Shown in pieces: positions 1-9,460 of a stretch of DNA of 35,735 nucleotides. Under the pieces are notes generated by a model. That model saw only the letters and a list, made by a program, of their open reading frames with translations. It was not told the origin of the DNA and searched no databases. Where the stretch lies: NCBI GenBank assembly GCA_031421535.1, contig JANOOV010000361.1, forward strand, positions 1 through 35,735, given 5' to 3'. Source of the stretch: Gammaproteobacteria bacterium. GTDB lineage: Bacteria; Pseudomonadota; Gammaproteobacteria; SG8-11. The translations under genes and the position numbers were made by a program. Positions within the stretch are counted from its first letter, which is position 1. Each line of letters begins with the position of its first letter.

Positions 1-100
1 TTTCTTGCGGGGTGGCGCCGACCACGACCCAATCGCGGTCTTGCACCGGGAGCCCCAAATGTTTATCGCGCACCGCGCCGCCGACCAGATAGACTTGCAT
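1..100 (-). CDS. cca: CCA tRNA nucleotidyltransferase, N-terminal part (runs off window)
   Basis: Not in the ORF track. The minus strand from ATG at 100 translates [33 protein letters not shown], the canonical CCA N-terminus (LVGGAVRD, DxD). Confidence 0.95.
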   Translation of the reverse strand, partial: MQVYLVGGAVRDKHLGLPVQDRDWVVVGATPQE

Positions 101-123
101 GCGATCAATCTTATCACTCCACC

Positions 124-1179
124 ATGCGCCCTCGACACTTAACCATCAGCCTGCTCATTCTGACCTGTGTCGGATCGGCAGCAGGCTGTTCCAATTTCGG
201 CTATTACACGCAGTCGATCCGCGGCCAGCTCGATTTACTGTGGAAGCGCGAAGCGATTGCCGACCTGGTCAAGCGCCCCGACACGCCCGCCGATCTCAAA
301 GATAAACTCACGCGCGTGCTGCGCCTGCGCGAGTTCGCAAGCGCAACGCTATTGCTGCCCGACAACGGCAGCTACCGCAGCTATGCGGATTTGCAGCGCG
401 AGCATGTGGTGTGGACGGTGTATGCGACGCCGGAATTTTCTCTGGAGTTACGTCAGTGGTGCTTTCCGTTCGCCGGTTGCGTAAGTTATCGCGGGCATTT
501 CTTGCCTGAAGCGGCAGAGGAATTCGCCGCGCCGTTACGCGCGCAAGGCGACGACGTTTACACCGGCGGCGTGGACGCCTATTCGACGCTGGGCTGGTTT
601 GACGATCCGGTGCTTAACACTTTTATCCGCCGCCCCGAAGCCGCGCTGGCGGGGTTGATTTTTCACGAGCTCGCGCACCAACAGCTTTATGTCAAGAACG
701 ACACCACGTTTAACGAAAGCTTTGCGCGCACGGTAGAGCTGGAAGGCGTGCGATTATTTCTGCAACGCCACGGCACGCCCGCACAACTTGACGACTACGC
801 GCACAACGAAACGCGCCGCGATGAATTCGTAGCCATGATCAACCGCGCGCGTGATCGGCTGAGGGAACTTTATGCTGCCGATCTGCCAGCCGACACCAAG
901 CGCGCACAGAAACAACAGTTATACGGATTTATCAAAAACGATTACGCGCAATTAAAGCAGCGCTGGGAGGGCTACACGGGATACGACGCGTGGTTTGACA
1001 CCCAATTCAATAACGCCAAGCTCGCGTCCGTAACTACTTACGCCGACGACGTACCGGCATTTCAAGCTTTGCTCAAGCAGAAGAACTATGACTTTGCGGC
1101 GTTTTATGCGACGGCTAAGGAGTTGGGTGAGTTGCCGGAAACGGAACGCAAGATAAGTCTGAAAAAATTAGCGGAGTAG
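124..1179 (+). CDS. Putative zinc aminopeptidase lipoprotein (DUF2265-like)
   Basis: 351 aa; signal peptide with lipobox-like SAAGC; WCFPxxGCVxYRG and [11 protein letters not shown] motifs; HEXXH in FHELAH followed by FNESFA. Confidence 0.85.
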   Translation: MRPRHLTISLLILTCVGSAAGCSNFGYYTQSIRGQLDLLWKREAIADLVKRPDTPADLKDKLTRVLRLREFASATLLLPDNGSYRSYADLQREHVVWTVYATPEFSLELRQWCFPFAGCVSYRGHFLPEAAEEFAAPLRAQGDDVYTGGVDAYSTLGWFDDPVLNTFIRRPEAALAGLIFHELAHQQLYVKNDTTFNESFARTVELEGVRLFLQRHGTPAQLDDYAHNETRRDEFVAMINRARDRLRELYAADLPADTKRAQKQQLYGFIKNDYAQLKQRWEGYTGYDAWFDTQFNNAKLASVTTYADDVPAFQALLKQKNYDFAAFYATAKELGELPETERKISLKKLAE

Positions 1180-1191
1180 GCGCAATTTCCT

Positions 1192-2148
1192 TCAACCCCG
1201 CCCGGCCCGCTCCCGATAGCCAGGGTATTTTTTACGCGTGTTGCCGCGCGCCAGGTACACCGGAACAATCGCCTCGATCGATGCGGGCGTGAGCGCGAAC
1301 ACTGCGGGGAACTCACCTTTGCACACACTGTCCTGGCGTAACGAAGCCAGATTGTCGCGTGACATCGGTTTGCCCGGCACCATTTCCAGCAAGCTCGCAA
1401 ATAGACTCGACATACCTTTGCCCAAGCCGATAATGCAGCGATTCAAGCCTGCTTGTTGCGCGCTGTATTCAACCAGCTCCTTCAGGCTGTAGCTGCGCGG
1501 CCCGCACAAATCGTAACGCTGCCCGAAGGTCGCGCGATTATTCAACGCGCGGGCGAATGCTTCCACTACATCGTCGACATACACCGGCGCCAGCTTGGCG
1601 TGCGGGCAGGCCAACGGGAAAAAATAGGGTGCGATTTTCAGCAGCCGGACAAAGCGGTTAAAAAAGTCATCCTCCGGCCCGAAAATCACCGACGGGCGAA
1701 AGCTGGTCACCGCAATGCCGGATTCAGCGTGCATCGCGTTTTCACCTTCGCCCTTGGTACGCAGGTATTGACTGGCGCCACGCCCGGCATCGGCGCTCAA
1801 CGCGCTCATGTGCAGCAGGCGCTTGATATTGCTCTTGCGGCACGCTGCCATAATGCGACGCGGCAGCTCGACGTGCATGTCGCGAAAGCGCGCGCGCCCG
1901 GACTCGTTGAGAATGCCGACCAGATTGATCACCACGTCCATACCGCGAAATTCACGCAGCAGGGTGGCTTCATCGCGCACGTCGGCCTCGACCACGTGCA
2001 CCGTCGGCAACACCAGTAATTCACGATGCCGCTCACGGTGCCTGGCCAAGACTTTTACGTAATGCCCTGCGTCCGCCAGGCGCACGACCAGGTGCCGCCC
2101 GACAAATCCGGTGCCGCCCACCACACAAATCCGGCGCTTCGCGCTCAT
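1192..2148 (-). CDS. NAD-dependent epimerase/dehydratase, complex I NDUFA9-like atypical SDR
   Basis: GGTGFVG Rossmann motif, NLVGIL, HMSAL, YLRTK, FRPSVIFG; GGAG lies upstream of ATG 2148 (the ORF track uses GTG 2154). Confidence 0.88.
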   Translation of the reverse strand: MSAKRRICVVGGTGFVGRHLVVRLADAGHYVKVLARHRERHRELLVLPTVHVVEADVRDEATLLREFRGMDVVINLVGILNESGRARFRDMHVELPRRIMAACRKSNIKRLLHMSALSADAGRGASQYLRTKGEGENAMHAESGIAVTSFRPSVIFGPEDDFFNRFVRLLKIAPYFFPLACPHAKLAPVYVDDVVEAFARALNNRATFGQRYDLCGPRSYSLKELVEYSAQQAGLNRCIIGLGKGMSSLFASLLEMVPGKPMSRDNLASLRQDSVCKGEFPAVFALTPASIEAIVPVYLARGNTRKKYPGYRERAGRG

Positions 2149-2203
2149 ATCCACTCCCGTCTAAAATTTTTATTCGCCCGCTGCCCGCATCGTCCCACCG
2201 TCT

Positions 2204-2236
2204 GTCAGGTAGCCGCTGCGCAGCAACCTGACCTAC
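2204..2236 (-). repeat. GTAG-family REP element
   Basis: Minus strand reads GTAG-GTCAGGT-TGCTGCGCAGCGGCT-ACCTGAC, a GTAG tetranucleotide followed by a palindrome; intergenic. Confidence 0.7.
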
Positions 2237-2287
2237 AAACAATTTTTGTATGCCTGCCGGGCGCGAAAGTGTACCAGAAGGTGCACG

Positions 2288-4285
2288 CTACTTGGTCGCG
2301 TTGATCGTGGGCATACGCACCGACATGCGCGTGATCTGCCCACCCAGGCGCTGGTCAAAAATCGTGGTGTAAATCAACACGCGTTTGATGTACTCGCGCG
2401 TTTCACGATACGGCACGGTTTCCACCCACACGTCGGCTGCTTGTGGAGCTGCGGGTCGCCAAATGTTCACGCGGTTCGGCCCGGCGTTATACGCAGCCGT
2501 CGCCAACACCGGATTGCCCGCGTACTGATCCACCAGATGTTTTAAATACGCGCTGCCCAGCTCGATGTTGCGATTGACGTCGAGCAAATCGGAATTCCCC
2601 TTGAATGGCCGCTTGATCAATTTGGCGGTGAAACTCGCGGTGGCCGGCATCAGTTGCATCAACCCCAGCGCACCGACGCCCGAGCGGGAGTCGAGCATGA
2701 ACGCGCTTTCCTGGCGAATAATGCCGTACACCCACGCCGGATCCAGCTGGTAACGGCCCGACACGGCGGCCACCTGATCTTGGTAGGCCATCGGAAACCG
2801 CAGATCCATGTCGTCGTTTCCCGCACTCTGCGCCAGGGTGAGAATGGCGCGGTCATGCCATCCCCAGTGGTGCGCGAGCACCGCCGCAACTTGCAATTGG
2901 CGGCTGTCAAAATGTGCGGTCGCAAGCAGCCATTCTTTGCGCGCGTCCAGGGTTCGATCCAGCAGCAATAATTCATAGGCGCGTTGCAGGCCGGGAAGTT
3001 GCGCAACTTGCGCTAACTCGGCTTCGGTAAACTGCACGCTGGCATGGTTGAACTGGTAGTCGCGCGACAACCGGTCGGCAGCGAGGAACCCGTAATAACT
3101 GCGACGCCCGGCCAGGCTGTCAAACAGATCAAACACCACGCCGTCGTAAACCGAGTCATCCTGTGCCGCGCCGATTTCCGCCAGTGCGCGCGCCTTCCAG
3201 TACAGCCATTGATCCTGCTGCGCATCGGTCGGCGACAACGCCGTGATTACGGCACGCAGCGCGTCCCAGTTGCCCTGGGATAACGCGGTGCGCGCACGCC
3301 ACTGCACCACTTGTTCGTCGGCAACCTTCAGCGCGCTCAACCATTCCAGAGCACGCGGGTGTTGACGATGGGTCGCCTGCAACGCGATCTCGCGCTCCAC
3401 ATGGGCAATGTGCTCCGGCGTAAACGCGTACTGTGGTTTGAGCGCACGCCAGCGGTCGTTGGCGACATCGACGTCGAATTTCAGCAAACGCAACACCCCG
3501 TAACGCACAATCTCGCGCGTGACGGGCGTGTCTTGACGTAACGCCGCCGACTCCAGTTCTTTGGCCGGGGTTTGGTGTACTCGCACCCAGCGCTCCACCC
3601 ACGCACGCCCTTCCGTTTTCAGGTGCAGCGCCAGCGCTTGCGCCAGCGACAGCTTGCCCGCGTTCATCGCCAGCCGAATGCGTTGCCACAGCAGGTCTTC
3701 CGTCATGCCACCGGCGCGCCGCCACGCTTCGAACACCGGGTCGCACACCGCCGGTTGCTCGTGCGCCACCAACCACATACGCTGGACATCATCCATCAGA
3801 TCCTTGATTTTTCCGGTGGCCAGACGCGCACGTAAAAAATAGCAGCGCAACTCGTCGCTCTCTTGCGGTGCGTAGACATCGATAAAAGTTTTCCAGCGCT
3901 GCTGTTGCGCCAACTGCGCCAGCCATAAGTTACGTAAGCGCGCGTTGATCGGGCTGTCCGCCGTACGGGTGAGAAAAGCGCGCAGCTCGGCCTCTTTGGC
4001 AGTGGGCAGGCGGCGGCTTAAATCCTCGAACAACAGATAGCCATACAGGGGGTAGGTCTCAAGCTTGGGCAGCAAGGTTTTGAAAATTGCGCTTTTACCC
4101 GCCGTCACCGCCACCTGCGCGCTGATGAAAGCCTTGCGCTGCGCGCCCAAATCCTGCGTCGCATCAGCGTAAACGGGCACAACTGTGCACCACACCACAA
4201 CAAGCGCGAGGGCCTGCAAGTATCCTGTGCGCATTCGCGCGGGTTGCTTATTCATTGCCTGTTTTAATAGACACTGGATCACCAT
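2288..4285 (-). CDS. slt: Soluble lytic murein transglycosylase Slt70 (true start may be 4255 or 4234)
   Basis: Signal peptide, long helical U/L domains (YPLYGYL, YWKARA, RSYYGFLAA) and a C-terminal SLT domain with RQESAF (catalytic Glu), GALGLMQLMPATA, AYNAGP, ETREY. Confidence 0.93.
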   Translation of the reverse strand: MVIQCLLKQAMNKQPARMRTGYLQALALVVVWCTVVPVYADATQDLGAQRKAFISAQVAVTAGKSAIFKTLLPKLETYPLYGYLLFEDLSRRLPTAKEAELRAFLTRTADSPINARLRNLWLAQLAQQQRWKTFIDVYAPQESDELRCYFLRARLATGKIKDLMDDVQRMWLVAHEQPAVCDPVFEAWRRAGGMTEDLLWQRIRLAMNAGKLSLAQALALHLKTEGRAWVERWVRVHQTPAKELESAALRQDTPVTREIVRYGVLRLLKFDVDVANDRWRALKPQYAFTPEHIAHVEREIALQATHRQHPRALEWLSALKVADEQVVQWRARTALSQGNWDALRAVITALSPTDAQQDQWLYWKARALAEIGAAQDDSVYDGVVFDLFDSLAGRRSYYGFLAADRLSRDYQFNHASVQFTEAELAQVAQLPGLQRAYELLLLDRTLDARKEWLLATAHFDSRQLQVAAVLAHHWGWHDRAILTLAQSAGNDDMDLRFPMAYQDQVAAVSGRYQLDPAWVYGIIRQESAFMLDSRSGVGALGLMQLMPATASFTAKLIKRPFKGNSDLLDVNRNIELGSAYLKHLVDQYAGNPVLATAAYNAGPNRVNIWRPAAPQAADVWVETVPYRETREYIKRVLIYTTIFDQRLGGQITRMSVRMPTINATK

Positions 4286-4340
4286 GATGCTGTTATAAGT
4301 CGCCCATGCTACTCACCACAAATGCAGGCGCGGGCGCGCG

Positions 4341-4500
4341 TAGTATCACGACTCAGAGATATCCATGAAACGGTGTCTTTTTTCGCCCTGCGTCGTTGCC
4401 GCCCCTGGCAATACGTACAGTATTGCGGCGGGTCTGCGCCTCGCCGGGCAAAAAAATCCATCCGTTTCATTGGTTCCGATATCTCTGAGTCGTGATACTA
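4341..4500. mobile_element. 160-bp MITE-like element with perfect 23-bp terminal inverted repeats
   Basis: TAGTATCACGACTCAGAGATATC (4341-4363) is the exact reverse complement of 4478-4500. Nested inner IRs: ATGAAACGG 4365-4373 / 4462-4470 and GCAATAC 4408-4414 / 4420-4426. Begins and ends in TA; no transposase. Confidence 0.8.
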
Positions 4501-4581
4501 GTTTGAGCAGTTGTTGGCACGCTAACCGGGTTGCACCGTTTACAGCAAAAAAACAGGTACTATGATTGACCGTGTTTAAAT

Positions 4582-4597
4582 CGGGTGACGTCACCCG
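4582..4597. promoter_or_regulatory. Perfect 16-bp palindrome, candidate operator or RBS-proximal hairpin
   Basis: CGGGTGACGTCACCCG is self-complementary and lies just upstream of the GGAGA at 4602-4606. Confidence 0.4.
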
Positions 4598-4690
4598 GTA
4601 CGGAGAACACATCTGAACCATAACAACATTGACACACCTTACAATCCGCTCATCGCGGCGGGTTCGTTTGCCCGCCAGTTTCGCCTGCTG

Positions 4691-7648
4691 TTGTTTCTTG
4701 TCTGGGCCCTGCCCCCGGCGCTCGGTTCGGCGTTCCTGGTCTCGATCGAAATATTTTCCGCCACACAAACCATGGACGTGTTGCTCGGCTTGCCCATCGT
4801 ATTGTTTCTGGTAGGCAGTCTGATTTTTAACGAGTGGTATTTCGGCCGTTACCTCCACCCCATCCTCGCCTATCTTACACGCCGCACGCCGGTCGGCGCT
4901 GCGGAGGCCGAACGACGGCTACGGCGTTTTCCGTCGGCGTTCTGGTCGGTATTTCTTTGTTACACGCTACTCGCACCCACGCTGGTCATCACCAGTGCGC
5001 AAATGCATGCGGGCTTCGAACCCCAACTGGTTGACTGGTTCCGCATTCACTCGGTCGCACTCATCGCTACCATCATTGTCGGTCTGCCAGTTTTCATCCG
5101 CTTTCTGGATTTATTCGGGCGCGCGCTGAGTACCACGCGGCTGATCACACCACACGTTACGGTGCGCACCAAGGTTTTTCTCATCAGTGCGCTGATCCCG
5201 CTGCTGGTCAACATGCTGCTGGTGGAGTATTTCTGGACGCTCACCGGCTTCTTCAGTACCGAAACCTTTGTGATGTGGCTGGGTCTGGAACTACTTGCCG
5301 TCCTGGGCACCTTGATGCTGGCGCGCAGTTTCGAGCAAGCGTTGCAACCCTTGCAGGATATGTTGCAAACCCGGCTCACCAACCCGTCAAGCACACCGGC
5401 GCGGCACCCGCAGTCGACCGACGAGATCGGTGTCATTGCCGCACATTTCCAGATTTTGCTTGATGAACTGCGTGTGCATCAACAGGTCCTGAACATCAGC
5501 AATCGTGTAATACAAAGTATCGGCACATTGAAACCCAATGAGTGCTTTTCAGTCCTGGGCGATATTTGCGTGCAAGCTATCAATGACGACATGTGCTTCC
5601 TGTTTTTGCATGACGACGCACAAAAAGAACTGCTGTGTGTTGCATACACTGGCGCCGCATTCAATGCCGCCGGACATTTCCGCTTGTCGTTGAGCGCACC
5701 CACGCTGGTTGCGCAATGTTTCAATCTGCGCAAAACCGCCCTGTACAGCGCCACGCCGGAACACGCCGATGCGCCCAGCCTCGTGCCCGGCGTCACCACC
5801 GAATCCGCGCTGCTGGTGCCCTTGGTAGCCGAAAACGAAATGCTCGGCGTGCTGATGTCGGTCAACACCAAAACCCGACGTAACTACAGCGCAAACGAGG
5901 TGTCACTGATTGAAGGTGTGACGCGCGAAGCCGCCTTGATTATCAAAACCCGCTTGCTGTCGATGCAGCGCACGCACACTGAAGAACGCTTCAAACAGCT
6001 CAATGAATTATCGCAAGTCACACTGGAATCCATCAGCGAGGGCGTGATCACCACCGACACGTTCGGCGCGGTAATTTACCTGAATCAGGCCGCATCCAGA
6101 CTCAGCGGCTGGACGCCACTGGAAGCACGCGGCATACCGCTGCAACGCATCCTCCAGTTGCGTGATGAAACCACCCGGCTGGACGCAATGGCCGAAGACT
6201 ACGACCGACTGACGCACACTAATCAAGCACAATACAGCGTGCTGGTGCATCGCGACCACAGCCAGGAATTTTACGTGGAAATCAATTCCACTCCGCTGAA
6301 AAACACCACTCGTCAAACCATCGGAGCGGTATTGATACTGCGGGACGTGTCGGAGATGCGTCATCTGGCGCACAAAATGTCGTACCAGACTTCACATGAT
6401 GTACTCACCGGCCTCATCAATCGCAGCGAATTTGAGCACCGCCTGGATACCGCACTGGAAAGCGTGCGACGCAGCACTGCATCTCATGTGGTGTGCTACA
6501 TCGACCTGGACCAGTTTAAAGTCATCAATGACACCTGTGGACACGCGGCCGGTGATGAGTTAATGAAACAACTCAGCACCAAGCTGGCCACAACCCTGGG
6601 CGAGCATGACATTTTAGCGCGCCTGGGGGGCGACGAATTCGGCGTGCTGCTGTTTAACTGCGAACTCGCGCACGGCGTGGAAGTCGCCGCCTATTTACTC
6701 GAAAGCGTTAAAGCGCTGCGTTTTGTCTGGGAAGACAAAACCTTCAACCTCGCCGCCAGCATCGGCGTGGTCCCGCTCAACCAGGAACTCGCCGCAATTA
6801 CCGACGTGCTGCGTGCCGCAGATTCCGCCTGCGGCGTCGCCAAGGAACTGGGCCGCAACCGCATTCATATCTTTCATCCGAACGATTTGACAATGGCCAA
6901 ACAGCACGGGCAGATGCAGTGGATGCAACGTATCCAGCGCGCGCTGGATGAAGATCAGTTCCGGTTGTATTTTCAACCCATCGTCGACTTGAACGACGCG
7001 GCCCGATCACACCAAGGCGAGGTGCTGGTGCGCATGCTGGACTCCGCCGGACAAATTGTCGCGCCCGCACGCTTCTTGCCGTCGGCGGAGCGTTACCACC
7101 TGATGCCGCGCATTGATCGCTGGGTAATCCGGAAATTTCTTGGCTGGCTAAAGCAACAACAGGCCAACGGGCAACAAGCCCCCTACTTCATTAACTTGTC
7201 AGGGCAATCCTTGAATGACGGACAGTTCCTCGATTTTGTGACCGACGAACTGAAAGCAAGCGGCGTGTCCGCACACCGGATTGGCTTTGAAATTACCGAG
7301 ACCACCGCAATCCAGAATGTCGCCAAGGCCACGCACTTCATCACGTCGCTCAAAAGCCTGGGCTGCCGCTTCTCGCTCGACGATTTCGGCAGCGGCGTCA
7401 GCTCGTTCGCCTATCTGAAAAACCTGCCGGTTGATTATCTGAAAATCGACGGCAGCTTCGTCGTGGATATGGCGGGTGACCGCATCAATACCGCCATGGT
7501 CGAATCCATCAATCAGATCGGCCATTTGATGGGCATCAAGACCATCGCCGAAAGTGTCGAGAACGACCACACGCTGGTAGCGCTACGTAACCTGGGCGTG
7601 GATTATGTGCAGGGTTATCACTTGGGAAGGCCGCGGCCGCTGCATTGA
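4691..7648 (+). CDS. Membrane-bound GAF-PAS-GGDEF-EAL diguanylate cyclase/phosphodiesterase (start possibly CTG at 4613)
   Basis: Several N-terminal TM segments, HAMP-like DEIG, GAF (LLVPL..LGVL), PAS (ESISEGVITTD), HDVLTGLINR, RLGGDEF, EVLVR, EITET, LDDFGSG, LKIDGSFV, QGY. Confidence 0.93.
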   Translation: MFLVWALPPALGSAFLVSIEIFSATQTMDVLLGLPIVLFLVGSLIFNEWYFGRYLHPILAYLTRRTPVGAAEAERRLRRFPSAFWSVFLCYTLLAPTLVITSAQMHAGFEPQLVDWFRIHSVALIATIIVGLPVFIRFLDLFGRALSTTRLITPHVTVRTKVFLISALIPLLVNMLLVEYFWTLTGFFSTETFVMWLGLELLAVLGTLMLARSFEQALQPLQDMLQTRLTNPSSTPARHPQSTDEIGVIAAHFQILLDELRVHQQVLNISNRVIQSIGTLKPNECFSVLGDICVQAINDDMCFLFLHDDAQKELLCVAYTGAAFNAAGHFRLSLSAPTLVAQCFNLRKTALYSATPEHADAPSLVPGVTTESALLVPLVAENEMLGVLMSVNTKTRRNYSANEVSLIEGVTREAALIIKTRLLSMQRTHTEERFKQLNELSQVTLESISEGVITTDTFGAVIYLNQAASRLSGWTPLEARGIPLQRILQLRDETTRLDAMAEDYDRLTHTNQAQYSVLVHRDHSQEFYVEINSTPLKNTTRQTIGAVLILRDVSEMRHLAHKMSYQTSHDVLTGLINRSEFEHRLDTALESVRRSTASHVVCYIDLDQFKVINDTCGHAAGDELMKQLSTKLATTLGEHDILARLGGDEFGVLLFNCELAHGVEVAAYLLESVKALRFVWEDKTFNLAASIGVVPLNQELAAITDVLRAADSACGVAKELGRNRIHIFHPNDLTMAKQHGQMQWMQRIQRALDEDQFRLYFQPIVDLNDAARSHQGEVLVRMLDSAGQIVAPARFLPSAERYHLMPRIDRWVIRKFLGWLKQQQANGQQAPYFINLSGQSLNDGQFLDFVTDELKASGVSAHRIGFEITETTAIQNVAKATHFITSLKSLGCRFSLDDFGSGVSSFAYLKNLPVDYLKIDGSFVVDMAGDRINTAMVESINQIGHLMGIKTIAESVENDHTLVALRNLGVDYVQGYHLGRPRPLH

Positions 7649-7659
7649 CCGCGTACCGC

Positions 7660-7701
7660 AAAAACAACGGTGGGCCGGGCACGAGCATGCCGCGACCCAC
7701 C
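7660..7701 (-). terminator. Intrinsic terminator of the porin gene (may also act on the convergent EAL gene)
   Basis: Minus-strand stem GGUGGGUCGCGGCAU..GUGCCCGGCCCACC (with G-U pairs) followed by GUUGUUUUU, 14 nt after the porin stop. Confidence 0.65.
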
Positions 7702-7714
7702 ATTTAGTACCATC

Positions 7715-8623
7715 TTAGAACGTCGCAATTAACTCAAACTGCACCTGATCGCCGTCAGCAGGACCGTTATTGTTAGAGCGCAGCTCCGCGTTCACCGCCA
7801 GATTTTTTTCCAGCATGTAACTCGCGGCAATGGTGATCGACCGGCTGTCGTCCGCATTGCCATCGTAGCTCACGTTGTCGAAACGCAGTGTGCCGGTGGC
7901 TTGCTGCGAAAACTTGTAAGTACCCGTGACACCCAGACCCATGTCAACGCCTTCACTCGGCAGCATGACTTCGCCACCTACCATGAACAGTCCCTGAGTG
8001 TAGGTCGCGTTAATATCCACGATGGTTTCCAGACCGGCATCTTGAGTAATAAAGCCCACTTTCAAATCCGTTTGGGCGTTAGGCTTGATGCCAACCACAC
8101 CCATAAATGAATTTTCCTCGGGCGTTTCCAGCAGATCATTGAGTATCGCGCCGGTCAAGGTAATTAGGCCGGTTTGGGCAGACACCGACACACCCAGCAC
8201 ATTGTTACCATGCAACGCCGTCGTACCGTCCCAAAGTGAATACAACTGCCCGTGGCTGACTTGATACAGCCCGGGGGCGTCTTCCGCTTCCCAACTCAGC
8301 GGGTTATTGAACACGCCGCCTTTGAACTGAATGCCTTTTTGCGATTCCCACGCCACAAAGGCTTGCTCAAAAACACCCGAGTCGCCGCCCGTTGCCGAAT
8401 TGAACAAATCGAGATCAATGCGGGACGTGACTTTATTGCCCAGTGCAGCATTGAGATCCAATTCACCATTGATGTCGAATCGGCCTTGTGAACCGTTGTC
8501 GTCGATTGCCATGAAGGTGAGGTCCAGAAAGCCATCCCATTTCAAATCCGCTGCACCTGCGTGCAAGGGAAGCATCGCCATCATCACCAGTGCAGGAACC
8601 ATACGTCGAATTGGTTTCATCAT
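7715..8623 (-). CDS. Outer-membrane beta-barrel porin-like protein
   Basis: Signal peptide ending AGA, alternating amphipathic beta strands, EQAFV..KGG.F pattern, C-terminal Phe (ELIATF); GGAGA RBS. Confidence 0.8.
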   Translation of the reverse strand: MMKPIRRMVPALVMMAMLPLHAGAADLKWDGFLDLTFMAIDDNGSQGRFDINGELDLNAALGNKVTSRIDLDLFNSATGGDSGVFEQAFVAWESQKGIQFKGGVFNNPLSWEAEDAPGLYQVSHGQLYSLWDGTTALHGNNVLGVSVSAQTGLITLTGAILNDLLETPEENSFMGVVGIKPNAQTDLKVGFITQDAGLETIVDINATYTQGLFMVGGEVMLPSEGVDMGLGVTGTYKFSQQATGTLRFDNVSYDGNADDSRSITIAASYMLEKNLAVNAELRSNNNGPADGDQVQFELIATF

Positions 8624-8721
8624 CGTCTCTCCAAATACTTAACATTCATTAAGAAAAATGCGCTCGCGCGCGAAGAGCCGACATTAATTCAAAATCACTG
8701 CCACATTGCAAGCGTCGATAT

Positions 8722-9294
8722 TCAGTCGCCGATGCTGATATTGACTTGTACACGTGCCCCGGGATGGTGATCCGTGTGGGTCTCGTAAATGCGACCGGAA
8801 TAGCGATAGCGCACGCGATAGCCGATCACCTGCTCGACCTCCTCGTCAGTACCGGTAGTTCTGCAGCGGGTACGCGTCACCGGCGCAGCAGCTTGGGTAT
8901 GGCCCAGGTCATGACCAATCGACGCGCCCAACAAAGTACCGACCAGCGTTGCAACATCACGATCCTGGCCGCGAGCGACGTTGTGTCCGAGCACCCCGCC
9001 CAGTACGCCACCCAATACCATGCCCGCTGCGCTGTCGTCGTGCCCGCCACTCGTATAAGAATCTGTCGTCGACCAACACTCGCGGCGCGGTGACGCACGA
9101 TGCACCACACGGTACAGGGGCTCGACATAAATTACCGGCGCATACACAAGCTCGGGACGTGCGTGGTGATGGTGGTGACTTTCATGATGGCGATGATGCC
9201 CGCGTCGCCCATGCCGGTCGTCATCGGCGCAGGCGACACCGCTCAACAACACGCCGAACAAAGTCGCAACGATTACTGTGATTCGAGTATGCAT
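8722..9294 (-). CDS. Secreted glycine-zipper 2TM (YcfJ-like) protein with His-rich N-terminus
   Basis: Signal peptide, RHGRRGHHRHHESHHHHH, GMVLGGVLGGVLGH..GTLLGASIG glycine zipper, Cys pair (ECW..RC), GYRVRYRY..DHHPG; GGAGG RBS. Confidence 0.85.
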   Translation of the reverse strand: MHTRITVIVATLFGVLLSGVACADDDRHGRRGHHRHHESHHHHHARPELVYAPVIYVEPLYRVVHRASPRRECWSTTDSYTSGGHDDSAAGMVLGGVLGGVLGHNVARGQDRDVATLVGTLLGASIGHDLGHTQAAAPVTRTRCRTTGTDEEVEQVIGYRVRYRYSGRIYETHTDHHPGARVQVNISIGD

Positions 9295-9340
9295 GCTCTT
9301 TTTCCTCCATATAACGTTTATTGCAGCTTCAGGCTACGCC

Positions 9341-9364
9341 CTGAGAACTGAATAGCCGCTGAAT
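9341..9364 (-). promoter_or_regulatory. Tandem ATTCAG direct repeats (11-bp period), candidate OmpR-family box
   Basis: CTGAAT at 9348-9353 and 9359-9364 plus partial CTGAG at 9341, about 50-70 bp upstream of the His-rich gene. Confidence 0.5.
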
Positions 9365-9460
9365 GGCCAGTTATAGCGTGCCTGTGATTTGCTTCACGGC
9401 ATGGTGTTAAAACTACGGGAAGAATGAACAACGAAATAATGTTGAGATGAGGAATCCTTG

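Noticed and set aside
4514-4535. TGGCACG..TTGCA possible sigma54 promoter
   Set aside because: GG-to-GC spacing is wrong (not N10).
4346-4858. 170-aa minus-strand ORF across the MITE
   Set aside because: Overlaps the GGDEF-EAL gene and the repeat; no transposase motif.
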